In this document: in pieces, positions 28,193 through 36,917 of the stretch | Layout of the letters: each line of letters begins with the position of its first letter | Numbering within the stretch: the stretch's first letter is position 1 | Origin: an uncultured Candidatus Saccharibacteria bacterium | Lineage (GTDB): Bacteria > Patescibacteriota > Saccharimonadia > Saccharimonadales > CAYUUR01 | Length of the DNA stretch: 64,000 bases | Assembly: GCA_964448075.1 (NCBI GenBank) | Contig: CAYUUR010000002.1 | Coordinates: forward strand, 645 to 64,644 | Direction of reading: 5' to 3' | Notes under the pieces: generated by a model | Database searches by the model: none | What the model was told of the DNA's origin: nothing | What the model saw: only the letters and a program-made list of their open reading frames with translations | Made by a program: the position numbers and the translations under genes

Positions 28193-29271
28193 GCCCGATA
28201 TTCTTCGCAGATGCGTTGCAAATACCGGATGTTGTGAATGCTGGCCAAAGTGCCGGCAAGAGGTTCGGCCACTTTGAACTGGTGACGCAAGAAGCCTTTG
28301 GAGAATCCTTTAACGCAGGCATAGCAGTCACATCTCGGGTCAATAACTTCGGTGCTTTTGGCAAAACGTTCGTTCGTTAGGTGGACGCGCTTGTCCCCTT
28401 CAATCCATACCGTTCCGTGGCGGGCGTTACGCGTTGGTAGAACACAATCGAGCATGTCGATGCCGTGCTCTATTGCAAACCGCAAGTCACGGGGGTCGCC
28501 TACACCCAGCAAGAAGCGTGGACGCGGCGAGTCATCGTAATGATCGGCCAAAAACTTAAGCATACCGTGCATTTCTTCTGTGCTCTCGCCTACTGATAGG
28601 CCACCAATAGCGATACCGTCTACTGGTAAGGATTGTACAATCTCTAGGCTGCGGCGGCGCAGCTCTTTGTCGAGGCCACCCTGGACCACGCCAAACAACA
28701 GTGGCCGCTCACTATCTTTCATGCCTTTGGTGAGACGCTGAAACTCGGCCAAAGAACGCTCCAGCCAACGATGTGTGCGCTTAAAAGCCTCAAGCGTGCG
28801 GTCGCGCCCTTTTGCATCAAGCGCAGTCACATCATCGAAAGCTACAATCATATCGGCACCCAGTTTCATCTGTATCTGAATGGAAATTTCCGGACTCAGG
28901 AACACTGTATCGCCCGTCTTGGGGTCTTTAAAAGTCACGCCGTCTTCGGTAATCTTGTTGATCTTTGCTAGTGAAAACACCTGAAAGCCACCGGAGTCAG
29001 TCAGCATAGGACCTTTGCGGTTAGTAAAGGCGTGTAGTCCGCCAAGTTCAGCAATAGTATCCTCGCCCGGGGCCAGGTGTAGATGGTATGTATTCGCCAA
29101 TACCACCCCAACCCCAGTAGATTCGACCATCTCCGGCGTCAGGCTCTTCACCGCACCCCTGGTACCGTCCGGCATAAAAGTCGGCGTCGGCACATCACCA
29201 GCACGAGTATGCAAAACACCAACTCGCTGAAAGCCGTTTGTATTTTTTACGTTAAAAACAGAGGTGGACAT
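28189..29271 (-). CDS. tgt: queuine tRNA-ribosyltransferase
   Basis: LHTRAGDVPTPTFMPDGTRGAVK, DSGGFQ and the C-terminal CxCxxC...H zinc site are canonical Tgt. Confidence 0.95.
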   Translation of the reverse strand: MSTSVFNVKNTNGFQRVGVLHTRAGDVPTPTFMPDGTRGAVKSLTPEMVESTGVGVVLANTYHLHLAPGEDTIAELGGLHAFTNRKGPMLTDSGGFQVFSLAKINKITEDGVTFKDPKTGDTVFLSPEISIQIQMKLGADMIVAFDDVTALDAKGRDRTLEAFKRTHRWLERSLAEFQRLTKGMKDSERPLLFGVVQGGLDKELRRRSLEIVQSLPVDGIAIGGLSVGESTEEMHGMLKFLADHYDDSPRPRFLLGVGDPRDLRFAIEHGIDMLDCVLPTRNARHGTVWIEGDKRVHLTNERFAKSTEVIDPRCDCYACVKGFSKGFLRHQFKVAEPLAGTLASIHNIRYLQRICEEYRA

Positions 29272-29568
29272 TCCGCTTATTCTAGCACAACCATTGACAT
29301 TATTCTACTGTTATGTTAAGGTTAAGCACGTTAATCGAGGAATGTGTGTGAGTAACAATTCGAGTTCGCTCGAGTCGTTCAAACTGTTTTACGAAGAGTT
29401 AACAGTTCGAACCACGCAAAATCGTGTACGTCGCAATAGACAATCAAGTGTAGCTACCAAGTAGCTACCACCGATACAACCAGCTGGTGGGAGCTGGTTT
29501 TTTGTTTCCCACAGATTTGCCCAAGTTTTCCACTTGCAAAAGCACTAGCGTAATGTCAACATATAGAC

Positions 29569-29979
29569 ATGGTTTGTCTATATTGCTCTGGAAAAACAAA
29601 GATCACTAACTCACGGCACCAAAAACGCCTCAATCAGAAGTGGCGACGCCACACCTGTACTGACTGCCAAGCGGTCTTTACGACTATCGAGTCATTCGAC
29701 CCTGAAACGTCATTAATAGTACAGCACGGTAAAAAACAACTGCCATTTCAGCGAGAACTACTGTTTGTAAGTATCTATGAGAGCCTCAGACACCGCCCCC
29801 AGGCAGCCAAGGAAGCAAAGGCACTCACTGACACCATTCTGGCCCAATTGTTGCCCCTAGCGACCTCTGCAACGCTTACGCGCCAAAATATCGTGGCCAC
29901 CACTGCTAAAACCCTAAAGAACTTTGATAAAGCCGCCCACACCCACTACCTCGCCTTTCATCCTGTTACGAAAAATTAG
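29569..29979 (+). CDS. nrdR: NrdR-like transcriptional repressor (zinc ribbon plus ATP-cone)
   Basis: CLYC...WRRHTCTDCQAVFTTIE matches the NrdR zinc ribbon (RRRR-C-xx-C-x-x-FTT-E), followed by an ATP-cone-like segment. Confidence 0.65.
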   Translation: MVCLYCSGKTKITNSRHQKRLNQKWRRHTCTDCQAVFTTIESFDPETSLIVQHGKKQLPFQRELLFVSIYESLRHRPQAAKEAKALTDTILAQLLPLATSATLTRQNIVATTAKTLKNFDKAAHTHYLAFHPVTKN

Positions 29980-30570
29980 ACACACTCTTACCAGTTAAAG
30001 CTGAGCCTCTACTACTTTTGATTGGCAACAGAAACCGAAACTCCTGTATGTCTGCTCGGCCTTGCCGAGCGAGCCACATACTTTTGCCAGTAGCTGCAAA
30101 AGTATGCAAAAGAGCCACACGCGACTGAAGCCACACGGTTGGCTGGACAGAACTAAAAAGCCGCACCAAAAGAACACCCTTTCAGGGTGGTCTTCACTGT
30201 TCTCTTTGAGTTGTGGAGTTCAGACCGCCTTTTGGTTGGACTCGGCTTTTTAGTGCTGCCACCCACCGGTGTTTCAGAGCGTGACCCCCGCCCGAACGCC
30301 TGTAACTGAAGAGTGTAGTTGTTGCTAAACGCGTCCGGGCGTGGAAGCCGGCATAGAGTGCAAGGCCCTGATTGAGATGTTGTATTGCTTCACAACAAAA
30401 TGGCACGGTCGTGTTTGAGCCGCAGCAAAGCTGCGGTGAGTTGGCCGTGCCGTTGTGAACAATATCAACAGCTCAGTTAAGGACTTGTGCTGCCGGGAGC
30501 TTTTGGTTACTTTTGTCGGCACAAAAGTAACAGAGACGTCAGCTTTAGCTGACAAGAGAAGATCTAACGT

Positions 30571-32163
30571 TTACTTCTTCACAACCTTGTCAGTCACATC
30601 AAAAGTATCCATATAGAGCCCCAACATCAAACGTGTCTGCGAATACAGCCCAGACAACCCGTTGTAGAGCACTGTCGTAACAGGGAACAAAATATACTGT
30701 AGCAACATAAACAAAGTACGATGTGGCTTGTAGCGTTTTGGTCGCGGTGGCAGTAAGCGCAAGCTTAAATACACCGTAACAAACAACCCGAGCATAGCCA
30801 AGGTCTGGATACGACTGACGATGAACGGCAGTTGGTTAGCGGCGATATTATCTGGGTTAAAGAGGATCGGGATAAATGCCGCAAAGGCCAGAATAAGCGG
30901 TGATGTCGCCCATGAAATATGCCCTTCCATCAAGCGGCCAAACTTCATAATCAGGTCACCTTTTGGCACGTTATTCTTGGTAAAGAAACCCTTGTTGGCA
31001 ACATAGGTAATATCTGATGCACCGTACGCCCAGCGCCGCAGTTGCACAAACTGTGCCTTCAGCGTCTTCCAATATGTAGAGGAGATAACGGCGTCTTGAT
31101 AGATTGGCAAATATAACGGGTAGACCTCGTGCTTTCCGTCATAACGGAAATACGTCCGCCAGAACTGATGCCCATCTTCAACTATGGTGCGCACGCTCCA
31201 AAAATCAGTGTCAATCAACGTCTGCAAGCTCTGGGCATGCGACGAAAAGTTGCGAATCATATGCGGCCGTAGCGCCAACACGACATTCCAAAAGGTGTTA
31301 CCGGTGGCAATCACACGGCTCGCCGCCGGTGCGTCCCAAATATTATTCGTAAACACCGGGATAGGCTGGTACGAGACATGTTGTGGTTCAGGCGTCATGG
31401 CATATAGATAACTAAGCGCATTTAGGTAGTGCACGTGCGGGCGATTGTCAGAATCTAACGTCGTAACAATCACGTTCAACGGATCAAGGTCAGTGTCTTG
31501 TTCGATATAACGCAACAATGCTCGGCCTGCATACGTGATGTTTGGCCCCTTACCTATCACCTCGCCCGGTGTGCCGGCAGGGTGTTTTACGCACATGGCG
31601 TGCCTAAAGTGTTTGCCATATGTTTTGGTAAGATCCTTGATGAGCGTATCTGTAGCTTCGCCGCCGCGCTCTTCATATGCAAACACCAATATGACTTTTT
31701 TCATGTCGAACTTACTTTTCAGCACTGCTTGAATAGTCGGTTCCAAAACATCGCGCGTTTCGTTGTATGCCGCAATCATCAGCACATGCGTGAGCTCACT
31801 TGGCTTAACGCGCGCCGCCTTCACCTGCAAACGAAGCAAATTATCATAATGCCACTTGGGGCGCTTGGCCTCAGCGTCACTGCCCTCACCTACTTCAAGC
31901 TCGTTGAGCATGGCGGCCCAATCATATTTTTGCTGTTTTTGTAGCATGTTATAGCCCTGTAGGGACCGAATATTTAAGCCGACGGCCTTTACAAACCACA
32001 GCAGCAGATACGCAATAATTATGAACGCTGCAACACCAGCATTGATCAAGCTCAGGATGAATGGCATCGCCAAGATTGTCCAGCTAATTGCACCAGGAAT
32101 GATTTCGAATAGTCTATATTTTTTGGTCTTTTCAGACTGATACGGTATTTCTATATCTTTCAT
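30571..32163 (-). CDS. processive family-2 glycosyltransferase (cellulose/chitin/PNAG-synthase-like) with integral membrane domains
   Basis: DSD (TLDSDNRP) and the QxxRW motif (QLRRWAYG) of processive beta-glycan synthases. N- and C-terminal multi-TM regions. Confidence 0.8.
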   Translation of the reverse strand: MKDIEIPYQSEKTKKYRLFEIIPGAISWTILAMPFILSLINAGVAAFIIIAYLLLWFVKAVGLNIRSLQGYNMLQKQQKYDWAAMLNELEVGEGSDAEAKRPKWHYDNLLRLQVKAARVKPSELTHVLMIAAYNETRDVLEPTIQAVLKSKFDMKKVILVFAYEERGGEATDTLIKDLTKTYGKHFRHAMCVKHPAGTPGEVIGKGPNITYAGRALLRYIEQDTDLDPLNVIVTTLDSDNRPHVHYLNALSYLYAMTPEPQHVSYQPIPVFTNNIWDAPAASRVIATGNTFWNVVLALRPHMIRNFSSHAQSLQTLIDTDFWSVRTIVEDGHQFWRTYFRYDGKHEVYPLYLPIYQDAVISSTYWKTLKAQFVQLRRWAYGASDITYVANKGFFTKNNVPKGDLIMKFGRLMEGHISWATSPLILAFAAFIPILFNPDNIAANQLPFIVSRIQTLAMLGLFVTVYLSLRLLPPRPKRYKPHRTLFMLLQYILFPVTTVLYNGLSGLYSQTRLMLGLYMDTFDVTDKVVKK

Positions 32164-32167
32164 GACG

Positions 32168-32524
32168 TTATTGAACGACTAGCAGTGCATTACTTACAAT
32201 TAATGCCAAAATCAGTAGCAACAGCGTGAGGACTAATACCACCAGCGACAATTCTCGCTTCTGCTCATAGACACGACTACTTATGGTTGTATTAATCACG
32301 AGGATCAGCACCGCAAAGATAACAAAGCTAATAATTGACAGTACATTACCCGGCAGAAACGGGTTGAGCCCGAGGTTCTCACGGTACTGAACAATGAACC
32401 TACCAGCGGTATTGCCACTCAGCCGTAACAGCACGGTCAGCAAAATCAGAACGGTAAAGAACGCGTTGGCGCTAATTATCGCCAAAACAAACTTGTCATG
32501 TAGGTACTTTTTTGGAATATCCAT
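32168..32524 (-). CDS. small two-to-three-TM membrane protein, likely partner of the GT2 synthase
   Basis: 118 aa, hydrophobic; 4-nt spacer to the GT2 gene on the same strand. Confidence 0.5.
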   Translation of the reverse strand: MDIPKKYLHDKFVLAIISANAFFTVLILLTVLLRLSGNTAGRFIVQYRENLGLNPFLPGNVLSIISFVIFAVLILVINTTISSRVYEQKRELSLVVLVLTLLLLILALIVSNALLVVQ

Positions 32525-32557
32525 TTCTACTATTCTAGAACTTTTTGTTCGATGTTC

Positions 32558-33760
32558 CTAGTCCTTACTCAGGGTTGCGATAACATCGGGCTCAGCAACA
32601 AAGGCATCGTCTGCGTGCAATGCCCTTCGGCCAGAGAGCAACCAGTAGGCTAGCACCATGACGCTCAGCACACTCATAACTTGTACGGCCCGAAACCCAC
32701 CGTAATCACGAAACACCCAGCCCAGCAAAAAACTCATCGGTATACTCAAGGCCGTACCGGCTGCAGTCACTGTAGAAAGTAGCGAAGCGCGTACATTTGA
32801 TGGCGTCGCTTCCTGAATGCGAGTTTCTATCTGGTTATCAAGGGCAGCCGCGGCCACAATTTGCACCATAAAGACCACAAGACCGATGCGGTGATCGACT
32901 AAACCAATAACAATGAGCGGCACGGTACTGGCGATAATGAGCGGTGTCAGACGGGTGCGCAGCCGGTGCGCAATCACACTGCCAAGTGCCCACATAAACG
33001 CATAAATTGCCCAAAGAACACCAACAGCAGTAGCGTCACTGGTGTACCTGAGGATATAGAGCTGACCAAAGTCTGCCTTGAACAGTTCCATCAACGACAA
33101 TGAGATCATCACCACTGTCAGTACTCTTAGGAGCTTGATATGCAGTATCTTCTTTGTTGCACGGCCCAATTCATGCAGTACACGCTCCTTGTGTTCCAGT
33201 CGATGAAAACGTGGTTCTCGTATTGTCAGTAAAAGTACGGCGTTAATAAGGCACGGTACTATTGATATATAAAAAGCGGCCTGGAACGAAAACGCCTCAG
33301 CGACAAAACCACTGCCCACGTTAGCTACACCAACCCCAGCCAAAAACAAACCATATGCCATACCAATCGTTCGACTGTAGTCCTTAGTGCGGCCTTCTTC
33401 CTTCAGGGAATCATAGACAATTGCCTGATAACTACCCTCGATGAGTACTTCATACAAACCAAACAGCAACATACTGAGCACATATAACATCAACCCCTGG
33501 CTTAGCCCTGCCATGAGAGAACAAACACCCAGCATCATTGCGCCCAAGATGAGCGTTCCCTTGCGACTCCACTTGTCGGCCAGAATACCTGTTGGGATAT
33601 CCAAGAGCAACGCACTAAGCAATGCCGCTGCACTCGCCAGCCCCACGCCAACTTCATCAATGCCAATCGTGGCCATAAATAACTTTTCGATACCGTACCA
33701 AAAGACCAGTCCTGTCAGGAAGTTACTGAGGAGCAGTTTCTGAATTTGCGTCAGTTTCAC
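32558..33760 (-). CDS. MFS transporter
   Basis: 12 predicted TM helices and the MFS loop motif (GILADKWSRKGT). Start trimmed to the GTG at 33760 (SD AAGGAT upstream); the longer track ORF runs through tRNA-Gly. Confidence 0.8.
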   Translation of the reverse strand: MKLTQIQKLLLSNFLTGLVFWYGIEKLFMATIGIDEVGVGLASAAALLSALLLDIPTGILADKWSRKGTLILGAMMLGVCSLMAGLSQGLMLYVLSMLLFGLYEVLIEGSYQAIVYDSLKEEGRTKDYSRTIGMAYGLFLAGVGVANVGSGFVAEAFSFQAAFYISIVPCLINAVLLLTIREPRFHRLEHKERVLHELGRATKKILHIKLLRVLTVVMISLSLMELFKADFGQLYILRYTSDATAVGVLWAIYAFMWALGSVIAHRLRTRLTPLIIASTVPLIVIGLVDHRIGLVVFMVQIVAAAALDNQIETRIQEATPSNVRASLLSTVTAAGTALSIPMSFLLGWVFRDYGGFRAVQVMSVLSVMVLAYWLLSGRRALHADDAFVAEPDVIATLSKD

Positions 33761-33782
33761 TGAAGTATCCTTGTAGTACGGT

Positions 33783-33857
33783 TGGTGCGGGTAGGGAGAA
33801 TCGAACTCACCTCTCAGCCTTGGGAAGGCTACATAATAACCACTATACGATACCCGC
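33783..33857 (-). tRNA. tRNA-Gly (anticodon CCC)
   Basis: Minus strand GCGGGTA...TAGCC-TTCCCAA-GGCTG...TTCGATT...TACCCGC-A-CCA. Confidence 0.9.
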
Positions 33858-33979
33858 ACAGGTCAGTTTTTTGGGGTCCCCGGCCAAATCCTTTTGGCTG
33901 GGGTGAAGCGCAAGAATTGTTGGAAGCTGACAGTTTCAAGACACTTCTTGAAACGAAAAGCTGCAATACAATTCTAAGC

Positions 33980-34055
33980 TGGAGCCGGAGATGGGACTCG
34001 AACCCACGACTTGCTATTTACGAAACAGCTACTCTACCAACTGAGTTACCCCGGC
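33980..34055 (-). tRNA. tRNA-Thr (anticodon CGT), discriminator U73
   Basis: Minus strand GCCGGGG-TA-ACTC-AGTTGGTA-GAGT-A-GCTGT-TTCGTAA-ATAGC-AAGTC-GTGGG-TTCGAGT-CCCAT-CTCCGGC-T-CCA. Confidence 0.9.
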
Positions 34056-34507
34056 ATATCCTTAAACATTATCCTGGCCATTTTTACCCGATTACTTATC
34101 TCTCTTCCCCTCCTGCCTCTACCTTTGTTCAACGCTGCATATGTTGAGGTTAGCGAATCACAGTTCGGACAAATTAATCGTAAGTTATCTTCTTGATTAT
34201 TTTGCCACACCCCGTCAATATGATCGGCAACGAGCGGAACCTTGCCAGTTACAATATTAACCTCGTCCCACCCACAAATACAACATTTATCTTCGTACTT
34301 CTCTCGCAAATATCGCTTCACATGACATGAGACTACGCCTAACCGCTGTAGCCCCGTCACCTCACCTGCTCGCCAGCTTTCAATATATAATCTGTATTGG
34401 TAGTTAGCTTGGCATTTATTACTGCAGTACTTGTATGACGCTCTTGCCGTTTTGTTACCACAGTTAATACATATTTTTGGAACATGCTTTTCCGCACCCA
34501 TGCGCAA
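34046..34507 (-). CDS. stand-alone HNH endonuclease (zinc-finger plus HNH)
   Basis: CINCGNK...C..KC zinc finger, then CCICGW...DHIDG...N...NLRLICPNCD (HNH/His-Me finger). The last 10 nt overlap the 5' end of tRNA-Thr. Confidence 0.8.
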   Translation of the reverse strand: MRMGAEKHVPKICINCGNKTARASYKYCSNKCQANYQYRLYIESWRAGEVTGLQRLGVVSCHVKRYLREKYEDKCCICGWDEVNIVTGKVPLVADHIDGVWQNNQEDNLRLICPNCDSLTSTYAALNKGRGRRGREISNRVKMARIMFKDMPG

Positions 34508-34745
34508 ATGATAAAACAGTCTTTAACCAATATCAAGAAGTGCCGTGCTTACCGTAAGCATGTAACGATTTCGATGTACTGACCACAGTAGCAAATGCTC
34601 ACGAATATGTTATCCCTGTTGCTTTCTCTGTTAAAACGTGTATGCTTAAGTCACAGGTTCTTACTAGCCGATACATTGAAAAATGAGTGCTTCTAAGATA
34701 AAAAGGTCGTCCTGTGTTAGTTAACAAAGAAAAGAGTTCTACCAA

Positions 34746-35048
34746 ATGGCTAGTAAGTTATTCGTAGGGGGCCTCCCCTACTCAACTACCGATGACGAAC
34801 TGCAAGAAGTATTTGCCGCACACGGTACAGTACTTTCTGCAAAAGTTATCACTGATCGTGATACCGGTCGCTCAAAGGGTTTTGGTTTTGTCGAGTATGA
34901 AAATGACGACGAAGCTAAAGCTGCAATGAAGGCACTTCACGACTCAGAGCTTGGCGGTCGCCGTATTCTTGTGAACGAAGCTCGTCCACAAGAAAAGCGT
35001 CCACCACGCGACAACAACGGTGGCGGTTATTCAAACAACCGTTACTAA
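34746..35048 (+). CDS. RRM-type RNA-binding protein with a Gly-rich tail
   Basis: RNP-2 LFVGGL and RNP-1 KGFGFVEY, plus a C-terminal NNGGGYSNNRY. Confidence 0.85.
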   Translation: MASKLFVGGLPYSTTDDELQEVFAAHGTVLSAKVITDRDTGRSKGFGFVEYENDDEAKAAMKALHDSELGGRRILVNEARPQEKRPPRDNNGGGYSNNRY

Positions 35049-35055
35049 ATGTTAG

Positions 35056-35092
35056 AAAGAACCCCTCGTTAATCCGAGGGGTTCTTTTTTTA
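35056..35092 (+). terminator. intrinsic terminator after the RRM gene
   Basis: AGAACCCCTCG-TTAATC-CGAGGGGTTCT followed by TTTTTTT. Confidence 0.7.
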
Positions 35093-35117
35093 TTGGCTGT
35101 TCACGTGAGACGAACTA

Positions 35118-35249
35118 TCAGAGGATGGTTGCACTTTTCGAGGGACGACCGCCACCACGGCTAGTCTGACCTCCTTTGCGTGCAATTTCTTTCTGTCGTG
35201 CCTTGTCCATTGCCGCGAAGCCTCGCTTTGCGGGTTTTTTGTCTGCCAT
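35118..35249 (-). CDS. KGG-repeat stress-induced small protein (YciG-like), 43 aa
   Basis: Minus-strand ORF MADKKPAKRGFAAMDKARQKEIARKGGQTSRGGGRPSKSATIL with a strong SD (AGGGGGAG) 7 nt upstream. Below the 60-aa cutoff of the ORF track. Confidence 0.6.
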   Translation of the reverse strand: MADKKPAKRGFAAMDKARQKEIARKGGQTSRGGGRPSKSATIL

Positions 35250-35348
35250 TTGCTCCCCCTTTCACTTAGATGGCCTTCACAGCTTAGGGAAGATTACGAA
35301 TAACAACTATGAAAATTTTCACAGCCACCGTCCTATTCCAATGTATTG

Positions 35349-36866
35349 CTACAAGACGTTAGGATGCTGCTTCTTCCACTGAGCAACTGCGTTATCCCAG
35401 ACGCGCTTATCTGTTGTAAAAGTAAAGCAGTTCTTAGGCAGCTGGTCCTTATACGGCATTGGTCCCTGGCCCAACCATACGAAGGTGTTGTTTTTACAGC
35501 TTTTTAGGTCGGCATTTGGCGGTATATCGAGCCGACCGATACTCGGCGGCCTGTCTGCCATGAATATATTGTTCTCGAGCACCAGACTAGGGCCCTTGCC
35601 CTTTTCAAACCAACCTTTGAACAGCATGCTATAGCCATAGGTACCGTATTTCTCTGGTCTGAACATCGTATAGAACGACTTAAGGCTCATGAGATTATTC
35701 CGAATGGTCCAGGTGTTTTTGCTGCCGTCTGGGTTAATCCCTTCAAACGTTGCTGCGCTAAAGCCAGCGTAACAGCCGTCGAATAGTGAGTTTTCGGTTA
35801 TACCATTGTGCAAGAAGTCGTTCTCGACACAATCATCATGTATGTCAGAAAGATGCACATCTTTTATATGGAAGTTACTGCCCCGTTGCTCCATTCTGAT
35901 ACCATCACCTTGGTTGTGGGCGCGTAAACCCTCCACGAGGAAATCGTTCATGCGGATAGTAAACGCACCGGCATGATGGTAGTCTTTGCTCCAGGTGACT
36001 GTGCGCGAACGGTCGTCCCATGCGCCAGTGTATTTGCCACCATACCAGCAGGCTGGCCCCTTGCCGTCTACAACAATCGCCCATGAGATTGGCACGCCGC
36101 TGGCATCCGATCCATCCCAGTAAGCCTTACTAGCGTCGATTACTGTATTGTTGCTGATGCTATAGTTTTTGAAGGCAGTTTTTTGAAGCTTTGAGATCGA
36201 TTGTCTCGTGCCTTTTCTGCTTAAGCAAGTAGAAACAGGCTGAGTCGATACACTCAGACAATCAGTAAAGCTCGCTGGATTAACGGTGGCGGCCTGGAAT
36301 TCACGCACTGCAGCTTGATACGCGGCTTTTGTCTTGAACTTTTTCTGAGCAGGCTGCGACACAAACCTCGGTTGTGACACGCCTGATTTACTCTTTGCTA
36401 TGAACAGCAGCTCGTCGCCACGGCTCTTTGAAACATTAAGTTGCATTGCAGAAACTTCATTGCCCCACCAGCTTTTGTTAGTCTTGGCGGCAGCAAGCTT
36501 CTGCCCACCGCCTGACTTAACAAAAGTCTGTACCGTTACACTTGCCTGAGCAACAGCTGCCGGTTTGGTAGCCAGGATTGTCACTGTGTAGATGTCGCCC
36601 TTCAGCGCTTTACAGGCACTGAAAGTTACGCCAGCGCTACTTTTAGGATCACTCCTAATGTCTACTTTTGTGTACTTGGCAGCACGCGCAATTAGGTCAC
36701 GCTCCTTCATATGTGAGTAAATGGCGATGGATGCATAGGAGATGACTCCTGTAAATAACACCAACGCGAGCAGTTTTTGCCACATCGGTAGATCGCCAAT
36801 ACCCCGCCGCCCACCAAATTTAACCGCCTTCTGCTTTTTTCTCGTTGTAGTTCTTTTTTGGGCCAT
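35349..36866 (-). CDS. membrane-anchored exported protein of unknown function (possible carbohydrate-active beta-rich fold)
   Basis: Basic N-terminus plus one TM (LLALVLFTGVISYASIAIY), then a ~450-aa Trp/Asp/Asn-rich ectodomain. Same strand as the GT4 and GH15-like genes. Confidence 0.55.
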   Translation of the reverse strand: MAQKRTTTRKKQKAVKFGGRRGIGDLPMWQKLLALVLFTGVISYASIAIYSHMKERDLIARAAKYTKVDIRSDPKSSAGVTFSACKALKGDIYTVTILATKPAAVAQASVTVQTFVKSGGGQKLAAAKTNKSWWGNEVSAMQLNVSKSRGDELLFIAKSKSGVSQPRFVSQPAQKKFKTKAAYQAAVREFQAATVNPASFTDCLSVSTQPVSTCLSRKGTRQSISKLQKTAFKNYSISNNTVIDASKAYWDGSDASGVPISWAIVVDGKGPACWYGGKYTGAWDDRSRTVTWSKDYHHAGAFTIRMNDFLVEGLRAHNQGDGIRMEQRGSNFHIKDVHLSDIHDDCVENDFLHNGITENSLFDGCYAGFSAATFEGINPDGSKNTWTIRNNLMSLKSFYTMFRPEKYGTYGYSMLFKGWFEKGKGPSLVLENNIFMADRPPSIGRLDIPPNADLKSCKNNTFVWLGQGPMPYKDQLPKNCFTFTTDKRVWDNAVAQWKKQHPNVL

Positions 36867-36917
36867 AGATGATATTAGTTCCTTAGACTATCGTACCATA
36901 AGCAGTATCATGGAAGC

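Noticed and set aside
29980-30570. tmRNA (ssrA) in the structured intergenic region
   Set aside because: A CUAAAAAGCCGCA string resembles the E. coli tmRNA resume-codon region. However, there is no tRNA-like T-loop (TTCGA/TTCAA), no GGGG...CCA acceptor pairing and no tag-peptide ORF ending in hydrophobic-AA-stop on either strand.
33782-34147. 121-aa plus-strand ORF containing 'WDSNPR'
   Set aside because: It is the antisense translation of tRNA-Gly and tRNA-Thr; GGTTCGAATCC read in reverse gives the WDSNPR artefact. It is not a gene.
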